In this document: piece after piece, positions 12,272 to 26,300 of the stretch
Layout: the number at the start of each line of letters is the position of its first letter
How positions within the stretch are numbered: position 1 is the stretch's first letter
Origin: Takakia lepidozioides
Taxonomy: Eukaryota > Plantae > Bryophyta
NCBI GenBank assembly: GCA_030704615.1
Contig: CM060732.1
Location: 43,710,001 to 43,774,000 of the forward strand
DNA length: 64,000 bases
Direction: 5' to 3'
Program-made: the position numbers and the translations under genes
The notes under the pieces: generated by a model
Told to the model about the DNA's origin: nothing
Seen by the model: only the letters and a program-made list of their open reading frames with translations
Databases searched by the model: none

Positions 12272-15200
12272 ATGCAGAGGGTTGCAATTGGAGTGAACGT
12301 TGCACGCCATACTCACGTTTCAACTGGACTGAACCTTGCAACTCCATCTCAGCATACTCATCTTTATTCCTATCTGTTCGGAGCAGTGGAGAGGGTACAA
12401 CACTTGTAAGTCTGACATGTCAGAGCATCTCCATCTCTTTGGTAGCCAACATGTACAATGTATCCGGGGGAAGGAGGCTGGCATTTGGGTGATTGACTAT
12501 GGTTAGATGGTCCAAATCAGCTCACTTATTCCTAAAACACAGTTGGGGGAGACGTTAGAGTTTCAATTTCTTCTTGTGTTTAGGAATCTCTTACACACTC
12601 AATGTCTGCTCTCTTAGTTGCACATTTGGTGTTAGGTTGACATTGGACCCTGAATTGATAAAGCTTTGTCCTTTGTGTATTTTGTATGGAGAACCAGACT
12701 GGTGAGACCTGGGAGGAGGGGAATACAGGTGCAGATCAGGCAGTGTGTGGGGAAGGGCATGGCACCCCCCCTGGCAGCCATGACTGCAACTGGGGTGGGT
12801 CGAGTGCTCAGTATTCAATCACACACTGTGCATGTGAGACCTTTGGGTGCTGTAATTATGCTTAACTGCCAGAAGAACTCAATATGCCTCATGCATCTCT
12901 CCTTGTGTGTCTCTACAATGCGTTGAATATGGGTATAGAAAGAAAATCTCTTGCTAGATGTCATCTTTCTGTCGGGGATGGGTAACATGGACTTATCGCT
13001 TATGGCAGATCTATTATGTGTCTGTGGATTTCAAAAAAGCTACTACCAAATAGTCAAACTTATCAGAGTAAATGTAATCGTAGACATGTGCGTGCACGCA
13101 TTCTTTGTGAGATAGAGACCAACTGATCTTATGGTGGATGATGAGGGGACGTAGGGGTACGTAGGAAACAAGGCAGCTGTGTTCCCATTGCAGCTGCTGG
13201 GGTTTGAAGTGGATCCTATCAACTCTGTGCAGTTCTCCAACCACACAGGCATGCTATGGCACTTTTGCAGCCTTCTTCTCTCATCAAGTTCACAACAGAT
13301 ATAGCTGGATGTAGACTGAAGAAGTAGGGGATTCAATGAGTTGGGCAAAGGAAACCAATAACTCCCTATGGGACTCAAGGTCATTGGAGACTGCCATTTG
13401 ATGTGGATGTTTGTGCACGTCCTTTTACTGGTTAAGATTGGCAGTTTCCCAACTCTTTATTTTTTTGATGCCACAGAGCCTGGCGTGTATAAGACCTGGC
13501 AACGCTAAGGACCTTCTTAAATTTGATATATGCAAAACCAACAGGTGTGGTGGTGGGCACTGATGGAGGGGGTAGGGAGAGATAAGAATGCAGGGTATCC
13601 TACAGTGCGTGGCCAGGTGCTCGATGGTGAGCAGCTGTGGACACTCATTGAAGGCTTGGAAGCCAATGACCTTCTCCACTACACCCATCTCTTGACAGGT
13701 AGCAGTCCCTCCACTTAATTGGTATATAATTTTGGTGGTGAGGATGTCTTGGTGGTATTTTCATGCATAACAGTAACGATCATGATTGGATGGCACATTG
13801 CATGAAGCAGGCTATATAGGCTCGCTCTCTGTTTTGGAGACAGTGTTGCGCATACTTGAGAAGCTGCGTACTGTCAACCCTGATCTCATATATGGTATGT
13901 GTATCATTGTTAACCCCAGAGCTACCTGGCCTAGGTCATGAGTTGGGATAACTATCCCCAAGTTCACTACTGTTTACCACAAGTGATGGCTTGAGATTTC
14001 ATGAGGGTGAGAGCACTAGATGCCAGCACAGGAGGAAAGAGCAATGTAACAATCATTGCAATGGGTTGTTGTAGCGCTCAAAGGGCCATCCTGCTTAGGG
14101 AAGACCATATTTATCATGTATATTTCTTGGAAGGCCACATTGACCTATCTTCTAACCGTAGTCTTCTGTTATACTCTAGAAGCTGCACCTGTTTGGACCA
14201 TGGTTGGGTAGAATAGATGAAGGAGGACAAGACACTCATGAGTGTGGGGCCTGGATTCTGTCTGTTTTTTCTCCTGTGTTGTGAAGCGCAGTGTGTGATC
14301 CAGTCATGGGGGACAGTGGCAACCTGTACATCAAGCCTGAGCTTGTGCCTGTCTACCGCAACAAAGTACATTTACTTAATCCGTTCCTTGGACTCTCTTA
14401 CATTTTCTCTCGGTCATGGGGTTTCTTTTTTCTACACTCCAAAAGTTGGACAAGGCTGTGGTCACGCTCTTCCTCGTACTGTAGACAATGTGGAAGAGAA
14501 GAAAGGAGAAGTCCCAGAGGGTGATGGAAATCAGTGGAAAGAAAACTATTACAAGGTTGAAGGCCCAAAGGGAGATGTACACGTGCAGTAGAGAAAGAAA
14601 GAAAGAAAGAAACATCATTATGTCCACAGGGGCCACGGAGTTTGTATGGGACAAACATTATTACTAGGTATGTCTTCCACTGCTTGGTTGACTCATTTCT
14701 AATTAGAGAATTGAATGACTATGGAATGCAGGTAGTTGTAGCGTCATCTATGCTAACTCCAAATCAATTTGAGGCAGAGCAGCTCACTGGTCGTCGGTAG
14801 TTCTTACACTTGCCTTCTCCCTCCCATTGTCTCAGAAAGAAAGAGTTACTTCCCTTTCTGGATTTAATTCTGATTCTGCAGTTGTTTGTATCTGTTGAAT
14901 ACAGCAGCACTACCTGCCCTGGGTCCACCTAGGTTAAATTGTCTGGTTTGTAGAATATCCATTGCTTTGCCAAATTCGTACTGCTGTACTAGAGAGCCAC
15001 ATGGTTCTTGCAAGACTAAGAAAGATTCACTCCAACCTAATTACATGAGTCATGAGGTCAAGTAATGTTCTTTCTTTCTTCTCCTGATGGACTGTTTGAC
15101 AACTTCAAAAATTGTGTGTGGAAAGAGGCTCATTTTTTCTCATCTCCTTGGTCTCTTGTATTTATTATGTTGAGTGATTGGCCGATTTGGCAGTATTGGA

Positions 15201-17777
15201 ACACAGACGGAGGCTTTGGAAGCTTGTCTTGACCTGCATGCCGCAGGCCCCTCAAAGGTAAAGCCTCCTTCCATTTGATATCTTCTCTTCATGTTCTGGT
15301 AGTCTGCTGTCTGGAAAGTGTAGATCAAAATTTGAAGTTAAAGTGCATGTTCGGAGAAAGACTGTCCTGCAAAGACACTTCGTTGTTTCTTGTGTCCAAT
15401 TCCTGCAAAGACTCAACCTTGGGTGGATTGTAGGTTGTTCCAAATTGCCATGTCTCCATGGATGTACTTGCATATCTATGTCTGCCAGGAAGGTGGAGGA
15501 GGAGAACTGGTTCTCTTAGCACAGTAGGGAGAGTTAAATTGGCAAAATTCTATTTTTGGTCATGAGACATGTATCTATCACTACGAGTCATATCGAGAAC
15601 TCCCTTAATGACAATTGATATTCAGGGAACTGGTGGCTATTGTGAAGGTTAAGGTCAACTATTAGATGGTGGGGTTGAAGGTTGGCTATGGAATGTAGTT
15701 TTGCATTGGTTGGCAGGTTGATTTTACAGTCCGCAATATATTTGTTTCTCTGACTGTTTCAATGGCTCACCATATTGCAATTATAAAGTATGGCTATTAT
15801 GGGATGGGGTGTGATGAATGTTGTGTTGTATGCAGGTGGTACTGACTAGTTTAGAGATTGATAACCAACTGCTGCTCTTAGGCAGCCATCTTCAAAGCAA
15901 GGCATGCTCTTCCCCTGTCCATTTTCCGAAACAGCTGTGAATTGCCTGCCTGTTAAGAATCAAGGCTTATGTGAAGTGTGTGATGACCAAGGATTTTCTA
16001 GGAATAGTATAGGACATGGCCGCCTTTTTTCTTGTTTCTCAGTCATCAAGTCTTTGAATGCAAGTTGCACCCAAGGCTTGTCCCAAGGGCATCATCTCTG
16101 CCTGAGCATCAATGTGAAATAAGCATCCAACATAAAATCCTAACAGGTCTCCGAGACAGCTGCCTTTTTCCCTGGCCATTCTCCTCTGGTCCAGAGTTAT
16201 GGTTTTTGGGTCCCGTCTTTAGTAGGGTGGACTCTTCTGGTCCTGGTTGAATCATCTTCCTAGGCAGCTAGCCTCTCTCCCTCAGTTGACCTTGTTGGAT
16301 ATATGATTCAATTGTGCTTTATGTTATGCAGGGAGAGGCGCCAAAGCAGTTCAAAATAACAGTGCCCAAGATACCAGCATACTTTACGGTATTGCCACCC
16401 TCTATTCTTTTCCCATTGAGGTGTCATTGCTGTGTTTGTGTACGGTAGGCTAGACATTCTCCTCATTTGGTTTAATTCAGTGTCGTTCCCATGTTTCAGT
16501 AAGCTGCAGCACAAGCTTTAGTAGTCAGGTGAGATCTTTGTGGTCTCTGGATGTTGTTCCACCTATCAAGTCTTTTGTTGAGAAAACCATGTCAATATGT
16601 GAAGGTGAGTTTAATATTCTGCTTAAGAATTGTAAGACGAAATTTTACATATTGGCAGGGTACTGGAGATTTTCTGACAGCTCTTCTCTTGGGTTGGAGC
16701 TATGTAAGTGATGCTCTCATTTCTCCATTTGTGTGGGTCATAGGCTTTTCGGTCTGCTGCATTATGTGTCTGAAAATTGGGTATCTTTATTTGTTGATGC
16801 CAATTAAAGCAATAGATGTGGCTTCTGAGTGTAAGCAGATGAAAACCACATAATTTCTGCTATGTGATGAGATAAGAGTGACAGTGGAGGGGGGGATATA
16901 AGGATTTGACTTTTCTTGCTGAGGGTGCTCAAGTCTTGTATCCTACATTCAATTGTGGCAGAAATATCCTCATGACCTTTGCAAAGCAGCAGAGCTGGCA
17001 GTGTCAAGCCTTCAGGTAAGCAAGAAAGATGGAATGGGATGTTGGTTACCAGAATTTTCAGGTTGTGATATTTTATGTTTTTTCTTTGAAATAGTTCTTT
17101 ATCTTGTTCTTTATCTTTATCCCAGACGACAGAAAACAGGGGTTTGTTAGGTTCACAAGTGTTAGATGTCGATGTATGGATGGACATGAGAGGGAAAGAT
17201 GGGGCTAATGTCAAGGGGGCTGGCTTGAGCATTTCAACGTGGTTCTGCCCCATTCACCTGGACACAATATGTCCCGCCTTCCTCAAGAGGTAGAGACTGG
17301 CCACTGTAGCTACGGGAAAACCCTTCTACACATGGATATCAGTTGTTATGGAGGGCTTTTATGATGTGTGTGTTCTTTTGTGTGCTTCTGCTGAGGTTGT
17401 GTCGAGATTGGGGCTTCCTATTGACAGTTCCACAGCTTCCCACTATCAAAAGCTTTTACAAAGTTGTCTGTACGAATGTGGGAAGAACATTGCAAATCTC
17501 GGTGGTTGCAGACTGAAATTTGAGAGATGTAGTGGCCATTACCTAAAGAAATTGCACCCTAGGCAGGTGTCAACTTCATATATTAGGAGCCTTACACTAT
17601 CCCTCACCGCCACTAACTGAATCTTGTATCCTTCTGCAGGCTGTTCTGAAACAAACGATGGCAGATTTTGAGGAGACAGGGCCGCCCCCACTTGTGAACC
17701 ATTTTGACCTTCGAATTATTGAATGCCAAGATGCTATCAGATCACCACATGTGTTATTTACTGCCGAAAAGTTGTAG
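12272..17777 (+). CDS. PDXK: Pyridoxal kinase (SOS4 ortholog), 13 coding exons, putative N-terminal targeting extension
   Basis: Exons 12272-12405, 12698-12833, 13155-13248, 13594-13698, 13811-13894, 14292-14365, 14732-14796, 15194-15257, 15836-15901, 16332-16388, 16659-16703, 16962-17015, 17640-17777, all phases consistent. Motifs [49 protein letters not shown]. The first exon is less certain; a second ATG at 12759 starts the conserved core. Confidence 0.95.
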
Positions 17778-20143
17778 CCACTAAGCAGTTATGCTAGAAT
17801 TGGAATGAAAAGGTGTGAAAATTTCTCACCTTCTCTTTGGCATCATAATAAACATTTTCTAGTACAATATTGCCTGTCATTGCCAAGCAACGGAAAACGG
17901 CACATTGTGTTTATTTTTGTTTTCCACTTCCAAATGAGTCCTTGGCACTAACCTTGTGGAGCTTACTGACTGGATGCTTACAAGTACGCTTGCATCAAGG
18001 GGCAGAGCTCTGCTATATCTCAGGAACACTAACCCAGAACGGCTTTTGCAGATTAGTTAACTGGCAGTGGTGGAGCCTAGGTCAGTGTAGACCAATTGCA
18101 TGAATCTGACTTATTTGAATGACCCTTATGTTCAATTCGAGGTCAGCTGTCATAGCTAGAGATGTTGCCTTTACAGAAACACAGATGCCCAGAGACGCAA
18201 TCAAAAGAAAACAGGAACGTATGACCAAAACTACTGAAGCTGCCTACATGCAACAGAGAAAAGAACACTCATTTGTTGGTAGCAGTGACTATTGCAGCTG
18301 ACTTTTTTGCTGTGATCTCGTGTGATCCAATTTTTTTTTATTCCTGTGAGCAATCGATGGTGGCAGATTGGTATAGCAGTGTGACTGAAAGTGGCTCTTG
18401 CCCACTTAACTTAACTTGGGTAACAAGTGCCGAGGCCCTTTTTCCTCAAAATATCTATTGCTGGAATGTTGGATCCTCACATATGGTGCAGCCTCATACC
18501 AGTTTGGCAGGGTGATGCTCAAATCAGTTGCCTCCCTTGGCCTGCGAGCCTTACAGTCTGCCCTGGATAAATGTTACCTCTTGTGCACACTAGCAAGTGT
18601 TAAGTGTTATTTCAAGCAAATATTTACCCTCCCTCTTCATTGATGTTCCCTTAATAAATTTTAAGTGCACCATAAAGGCTACCACATATGCTCCAGCTAG
18701 CTTGAGATAAGCTCCATAATGAACTACGACTAGGTTAAGATAAGAATACATCTTAAAACATAACCAATCATAGGATCAGAAGGTAATCAAGGTAATACTA
18801 ATGGGATTAGAATCAGCTAATACAATACAACAAGGTATATGTTTAGCGTTTCTAGATTACCATATACTTGCAAAACGTTTGATCTAGGCGATCATGTCTC
18901 TCAAAAACAACCTCCATCTTATTGAGATTGTGCCTCCAACTGCTCATGCAAGAGAGGTGGATGCTATGTAAGTTGTAAATGTTATTGTGCTTTATTAATC
19001 CGTCCCTAACTGTTAAGGTGTTAACCTTGTGTAAATGTTGTTTTTTTTCTACTCCGGAATGTTAACATTTATCCAGGCAGATCGCCTGGAACTAACTAAG
19101 CGAAGCTGTCACTAAAATTTCTTGCAATGATCTCCTTGGGGTCTGGCTGCCAGAGTGCAGGCACCTTTGAGGTCAGGCATCATAGGTGTCCAACAAATAA
19201 AAATAACTGAAAGAAGACTCAGGAGGAAAAGGCCTTTTACACACAAACTCAGACCAGCTGCTCTCTCAGCAGTGCATTTTCACATTGCCGATCCAAGTGG
19301 AACTTATTTGCTAGGGCATTGGTGTAACCACATGGGCACCGCAATGGATCCAACAAGGAAGCACAGTTTAGAAACTCTTGGACACTGTACATATAAAGGC
19401 GCAAGTGAACTCTCTGCCACACACCCCCTTCCTCTGTTCCTGGAATGGAAAGAAGAAAAGATGTACATGAAACACTCAGAGGACTGCTTGTTCTTGCAAA
19501 AAATCGCTGCGTGGAGTTGATCTCCTCATCTACAACATTTGCAGGGGTGACAATTTTGAAGATATCCATTGCATTTGCCAGGCATCCAGGTCCGACTTCT
19601 CCAGGAAAGTGAAGCTACTGTTTAGGTTCTTCAGCTCAGCTTGCATATAACTCTGTTCACTGGGCAGAGAGGCTAAGGAAGTTGCATGTAGTAGCCTTGC
19701 TATTGGATCACTTTGTCTCCCCTCTCTCCAGCCCATAGTTTTCTGTCATTTCTCTAGACTCTCTCACAAGAATTATTATCAGTTGTAGTTTGTCAAAAAT
19801 CAAACCGCCTTCACACCTGTGGGTTCTCCTCTTCAGAAGCCATGGCTCTTAAGGTGAACCCATAGCCCCAGGGAGGTGAAAAGTCCGTAAGGCCAAACTT
19901 TGATGGTTGAGTTTGGTTTCTTCAGAAGAACATTTTGTGATTGTTTCTCTGTACCATCCATTAGTGCAAGACTTTCCTCAAGACCCCACAATCGCTGGTG
20001 CCATCATGGGAAGTCAGCTGGATATGAAACTGGTGCTCCACAGCAAAGGAGCAAATACACAGCTCCAGACAAAATTGTTCTCATTTCCTCTCGAAGAGAC
20101 AGCCCTTAGCACCATTTCAATGCTTCTTCATCATTTTGAACCC

Positions 20144-22259
20144 TCAGCAATAGGCATGTTCAACTATCCACGAGTCACCTTTTGCTTGTGCAAGAGATGG
20201 ATAGAACTCGTCATTGCTCAGTAGATGTCCAGGAGGGGTGCCCATCACTGCTCTAGTCATGGAAGCCAAGTTGTTCTCGCTCTCCTCGGTCAGGAGTGTG
20301 CTACCACCATGCTCAGTCAAATTTGAAGCTGGGCTCCCATTTTCTAAGTTCATGGAACCCGAATGTATAGTCGAGCCAGCTGCAGCCCTTTCTAGCAATT
20401 CAAGGCAAAGCCTAAGCCGATTGTGATCTCCTTTGATGGCACTGGTGTAACCTCCACTAGTCAGGATATCGGTTGCCACGGTCTGCACTATATCAATTGC
20501 TGTCACCCCACCAGGGGTGCGGATATACGGGTCAGCATGGTTGTCCAATAGCACCGCTATCATTTCTGGGTCGGCAAGTTCTGCCGCCATGTGCAGTGGC
20601 GTGCGGCCATCTGAACCATGCAAATTGACATCAGCTGCACCAAGCTCTAGCAATGTCCTCACCACTTTTCTGTTTCATTTGCACAGGACAATAACATGTC
20701 AGGCTACACACGTTACCAAAGGGCATTCGAAATGAAAGCTTCTACTGACAACAATCACCATAATTCTTCCAATCTCACTTCTCTCCTCTCAATTCTTTCA
20801 TCACAAGGAAAGGTATACTACTTAAGATTGGTATTGGGAGGCAGAAAAGGATCCAATTCAATGATGGAAGGAGTTGGGAAGAAACCTAGACAGCGAGACA
20901 GAGACAGTACCTTATCCTAGGTCCCTCCTCTTCCTTTAGGAAAACATCCCCCACCCTTCAAAAGAATCGAAGTAAAACCTTCCCTTCTGCCCATCTTTCT
21001 ACCCCAATGTGACACCACCTGATAACCCGTTCTAAGTTCATGGTGCATTCTCACCACACTGATTTGATGGTTGTCACACAATTGGTTTCATCAGACTAAA
21101 CCTTCCATGCTGGACTGTGAAGCATGTGAGATCACATCACTACATAGTCTATAGTAAGAGTGCTTGCCTGCTGCAATTGCCCACAGCATAGTGAAGGGCC
21201 AATGCCTTGTCAAGGTTGAGCCCCTCCCCCATGACCATCATCTTTACAAGCTCCACATCTGACGAATCAAGAGCCTTCTGCATTCGCTTAGTCCGCTGCT
21301 CAGTCAATCCAGTGATTGAGCGTGCACAGTCGAATCCGTACCCCGTCTTCTCTCGTATGCTCTCAATCTCCACAACCACCTCAGCTGGCAAATGCTTCTG
21401 CAATATCTCAAACGATAGACCTGACTTCGCCACTAGGTTTGAACACAATGTCCACAAGTGCAGCCCATCTTGCTTCTTTGCTGCCACCAAAATGCGCATC
21501 ACATCTTCAATGGAAGCCTTCTCTGCCATGGCTGCCAAGTGTTTCTGCCAGAGAAAGGAGTTGAATGAGTTTGAAATTGACAGTCACATTTTGGGTTGAG
21601 TATTGTATGGCCTGGTAATAAACAGTTGCTAAATCTTGGAGTGAATACACAACAAAATGTTCTCAACAGCAGAAAAATAACCTCAGATACTTGTTGTGGC
21701 ATACCTGACCTAGCAGAGCTAACAGAGTAAGATGCGCTGCACCCCAAACGAGAGAAAGGGAAAAAGAGAGAGGCGTGAGAGGTTTGAGAGTACGAATGCT
21801 CACAAATCAGAAGTCTTCACTGACCTGAGTGAGAGTAGAGAGCTGGTCTACACCAAAGAAGTGTGCGGCATTCAGGGTATCAAGCGCAAATTCAACAGCC
21901 GCAGCACAGTGTGTGTGCCAGCAGGTCTTCTCCTTGCAAGCACTTGAGCTTTTCTGGGAAAAACTTGAAAGATTGCCACTATAGAGAAACTGAAGCAACA
22001 ACATAAAGACATCATAGCCCACAATCCCAACCGGGATGACCAGTGGTGTGGTGGGGCGCGGTTGGGCGGCGTTGTGTAATTGAGCATCTCCACAAAATAT
22101 CATCCGAAAGAAAGGGCTGCGGGCCGCCAGCACGCATCGGTGTGCATGCACATGGCGGCCTTCCACAGAAAATGTCACGTCACTGAAGGCTTGGCCATTG
22201 GCCAGGAGGCTCAAGAGATCTGTCGATAATGACTTCAGTGGTGATTCCTCCTGATTCAT
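20144..22259 (-). CDS. BOP: BLADE-ON-PETIOLE-like BTB/POZ-ankyrin protein (NPR5/6 clade)
   Basis: Exons 22259-21825, 21544-21168, 20669-20144 (~445 aa). Motifs NGQAFSDVTFSVEGR.VHAHRCVLAARS, KASIEDVM, MQKALDSSDVELVKMMVMGEGLNLD, LLELGAADVN, GRTPLHMAAE. Intron 2 is GC-AG. Confidence 0.96.
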
Positions 22260-22879
22260 TGAGCTGTCATGATTTTACTGCACAGCAAAGACTGTCCTAA
22301 CTGAACAGAGCCTCACTTTCTCAATCCTGTTGTTGTCCCACCACTGTGACGGATCTGAGAAGAACTCATGCCGAACATATCACTTGGCCTACATGCAAAA
22401 ACACAAAAAGTGGTTAGATCAGAATAACTTCCTAAAAATACAAGTCAGGAAGTGTACATGCATTTCCTCAAACTCAAGGTGTTTGCCTGCTATGGAGTTC
22501 CTTTGAACGAAGGACTTGTTAGCCGGACTGAAGACTAGGTGAACCTAACGTCATCTTGTGAAGCATCGCAGTTCTGTACTCTCTACCCCTACAAACATCC
22601 AAAGGCGTAGCAACTACCCCGAAACTACAGTTCAACTTAAGAGATTCTCTAAGGTGGAGAGCCTCATGTACATATGCCAACAAGGCATAATTAGGCAGTA
22701 GTAACGGCCCCGGATTTTGTAGTGAACAGGACAGTGGAAACAGATAGGATCTTCAGTCTCAATTTCCCACCTATCTTGTCTAAGACAAGGAGGGCAGAGG
22801 CGTCTGGCATGGTGCAAATTACCCCATCTGTAACTACTGGGGGTGGGGGGGGCCCAGAGATTGCAACCTTGTCTGAAAG

Positions 22880-23330
22880 ATTGTGAAGCTCAACTATGGC
22901 CTCGAGTTCAAGGATTATGCAGAAAAATTCAGCATATAGATCTGTAAGGGTGTCGATTGACAATCCCCAAGCACACCTTGAGGTTCAAGTTTTTGCAGTC
23001 CACAGGAAATAGGGACCCCAGGAGGCCAAAAATCACAGCTGTAGAGAGCGGAGGAAGCAACAACCAAGTAAAAGAGCCAATTTTTCATTGCACGTCGACG
23101 AGGATGAATTTGTTCACATTTCCCTTGGAGACACAGAGTGGCAGCATTGCCCTCTGTTGGTCTGACCATACTTGCATCTGATTTTGGGGATTGAATAACC
23201 ATTCACAGAGATGTGTGAGATTTGGCCACTTAAAATCATGGTTGTTGTAGAGAAATCTCTTATCAGCAAGGCCATTGAAAACCATTATCTTGGTTTTGGT
23301 GAGGTTGACATGCAGCCCATGGTGAGCCAG
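22880..23330 (-). mobile_element. Degenerate RTEX/RTE-like LINE RT fragment upstream of BOP (probably in a 5' UTR intron)
   Basis: HHGLHVNLTKTKIMVFNG (RT domain 6), LFYLVVASSALYSCDFW, split by frameshifts. Confidence 0.55.
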
Positions 23331-26300
23331 CAGGACAAAAAGCGATTTGTTTGTTGTGCAGGAAGCCCAAAGGACCCAAGTGACACAAGTAGGAGACCTC
23401 AGAAGAACTACAGAAAACAAAAGACATGTCAAAGCTCAGACATTACATAAGGTCAATGTCCTCATGCAGGTAAGCTGCTAAGCATGCAAAGCTAAGGGCC
23501 TCTGCCAGGGATGGGGTATCTCTACATAAACTGAGAATGGACACTGAGAATATGTGACTAGTCTTCAATGGAGACAGTCTACTTCCACTTACAACGCCCT
23601 AAGCGCCACAATCGCAAAGGCTGGAAGTGACGGGAGGGGGATGGAAGCCACTAGAATATTGGGGGGATTTTGCTAGCTATGATGTGTGCTTGTTTTGCAG
23701 TGCTAAAAAGATCAGACTCTCTCCAGTCACAGACCTGGCCGTATTCCTAAAAATTCAATGCAAGAGAATAATCATGCATCTGAGCAATGAAGGGAAATGA
23801 GAAAATTCTTCAGTGCGAAAGAGATACTAAACCTAAGGGCTGCCATTGACATTGTACTAGCAAGCATGATGCACGTATCACACCATTCTTTTTATCTAAA
23901 ACTCTTCCTGGTTTTAATGTTTTAAAAATACAAAGAAGATGTAGAGGAAAGTTTGATGCACAGACGTCTTCCAGCCCAGTTAGTCAGTTTTCATCTTCCT
24001 ACTTACAAAGACAGCTAAATATCAGCAACAGCTATTCCTCGAGCCAGCCACTTTTGTGGATTAATGCCTGCCAAGAGCTGGGGCATCAACTGTATAGAGC
24101 ATCACTCTTACAGTAACATTCCTTGCAACGATACTTTTCACAGTAGCATACGGTTTGCCCAGCCAATACTGTCCATGATATCGAATGTGACACACAAGAA
24201 GGCGAATATGAGACCAGACACAGCGTGAATCCGACTTGGACAATACACGGCTACGAAGACACTAGAGGATCGAAGGAGAAAATCCAGTCCAAACCGAACC
24301 AGGAACATCGTTCCGAGTTTAAAGGTGCAGGCCGGAACTCACTCCCGGAGAAAGGCCATATGAATGGATTACAACGAGGCGATGAGACAGTGGAAGCTCG
24401 GATAGATATATACCGGGAGAGGCTCAAACTCGCCAGACGGAATGCAAACTGGAGATTGCAGAGTCCAAGGTGTCATTCCAAGCCACCTGTTTTGCGCTTT
24501 CATCCCCACACTCTCCTTCCAAAACACTCCGCCAGCGCCAACCTCTCTCACCAGTCTCTTCTCCTTCGTGTCTCCCTCTGCTCGCCCTCTTTTTCAAACG
24601 CACTCACATAACACCACACGCACACACACACACACACACTCTCTCTCTCCGATGCTCTTGAGCATCTCAGCCGATCTAACCTTACAGGCACTAGCAGTGC
24701 AAGCCCTTCGTAGGACCCTTGTGTGAGCCTGGTACGAAGCAACCACAACTCACCAATCTCTCTCTCGCAATGGGACACACTGAGGGAAGGGGATCAGCTT
24801 GTGGGGTGCAGAGTCAAAAACCAAAGGTAAAGCCTGCCCGAAGGCTCTGACAACAATCTCCACCCTTCTCGGAAAACGGTCCGTGGCACTTGTTACTGTT
24901 CTGCGTCCTCCTTCCCAACACACCCACTACTTGGATAAACCTTTTCCCAAAACCAACACTTCGATCCACCTAACCTCCACCTTAGTCAAATCCTAAATTA
25001 AGTCCAAGTCCTTAATCTCCCCTCGGTCCAAGTCAAAGCATCATAAGAATGATCACTAGTCTGTAGAGAGTCGGATTCTCGGAGCTATAATGGAGGACTT
25101 AGTGAGGGAGGACTCCCAGTGCCCCCAACTCACTTCCTCTGGATCATACTTAAGCTACAGGACATGCTAACCAAACCCACCTCCCAGCAATCCTGATGCC
25201 AGAACCCATCTGCTAATTTTGGTGATGAGGAATGCATTTAACTTAGCTCCCCACTGCTGATGCGAGCAAGCGCAGGTAATATGCAAGGTGGGTGGAGAGC
25301 GAGCAGCAGGTGTACTATGCGGCATCCATCATTTGCTGCTGTCCTGCTGCCATTGTGGATACTAGATACCACCATCCTACTGCAAAGACACCAGTTAGGA
25401 CAGTATCCCCTTGTGTTATTTCCTTGGATATGTAGCCCCTATACGTCACATTTCATGGCCAACATCACACGCATGTTTGTCCTGTCACTAATGCTTTTGA
25501 TGCATATTCTAAAACTTTCACCTTTCCCTCTGGAACTCAGGCTGCTATATGATAGCCTAGATAGCTGTTCTTTTTCTTTTTTTTCTTAATTTCTTGTGGA
25601 GGGAATTCAAATTTTTTTATTGTGGGAATGTTTTGAACCAATAGTTTGCTCCCCTCTATTGAATGAATGAGTAGGGGGAGAGGAATCAACCAGGGAACAA
25701 TGAGTGCTGGGCTCACTTATGGGTGCATTCAAAGACCAAGAATCAATTGTGAAACTTGCGCCGCATTGCTTCTGACCATCCAAGCTGTAAATATCCAAAT
25801 TGGGTGAGTTTTAGCATTACAAGGAAACTCCAATCAGACCACATCTGACTCAAGGTACTCCATTTGCAATCAAGCTTTTTGTCTTTTTTTTTTTTTACTA
25901 CTTTTTTCCCAATAGTAATTTCTCCATGGCCTCTGTCCCCTGTTTATTTTTAAAAATGAAGAGATGATGACCTTGAAAGTTAACGTAAACAAGAAAAGAA
26001 AATTGACCTTTTTCTTCCAAAAAATGTTTTTTGACTGTTGACTCCTGCCGAAACGAGCATAACTCATGGTTACGGTGTCACTTCACCCCGAATGGCTACT
26101 ACCTTTCTGTTCGTTGTTTGCGTAAATAAGAGCCTCTTCCCTTGAGGGTATTGTCCCCTTTCGGGGGTGGGCTGTACAAACCTACCTACAGTCCATTGGT
26201 CACTTTCAATTTTGCGGGTGAGTGTCGCAAGAGATGCGAATGATGTAAAACAGAGGCCCCGGCGCGGACAAAATTATTTGGTAGGTCAAGTTGTCGTTTC

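Noticed and set aside
17215-17290. Extra PDXK exon ([13 protein letters not shown]...)
   Set aside because: Exons 12 and 13 already join into a full-length kinase C-terminus; the peptide has no counterpart in SOS4.
26120-26190. Group II intron domain V/VI (also considered at 33270-33320 and, for domain I, 27480-27570)
   Set aside because: AGC and GNRA elements are present, but the 34-nt DV hairpin with AY bulge and a GUGYG 5' end are absent.
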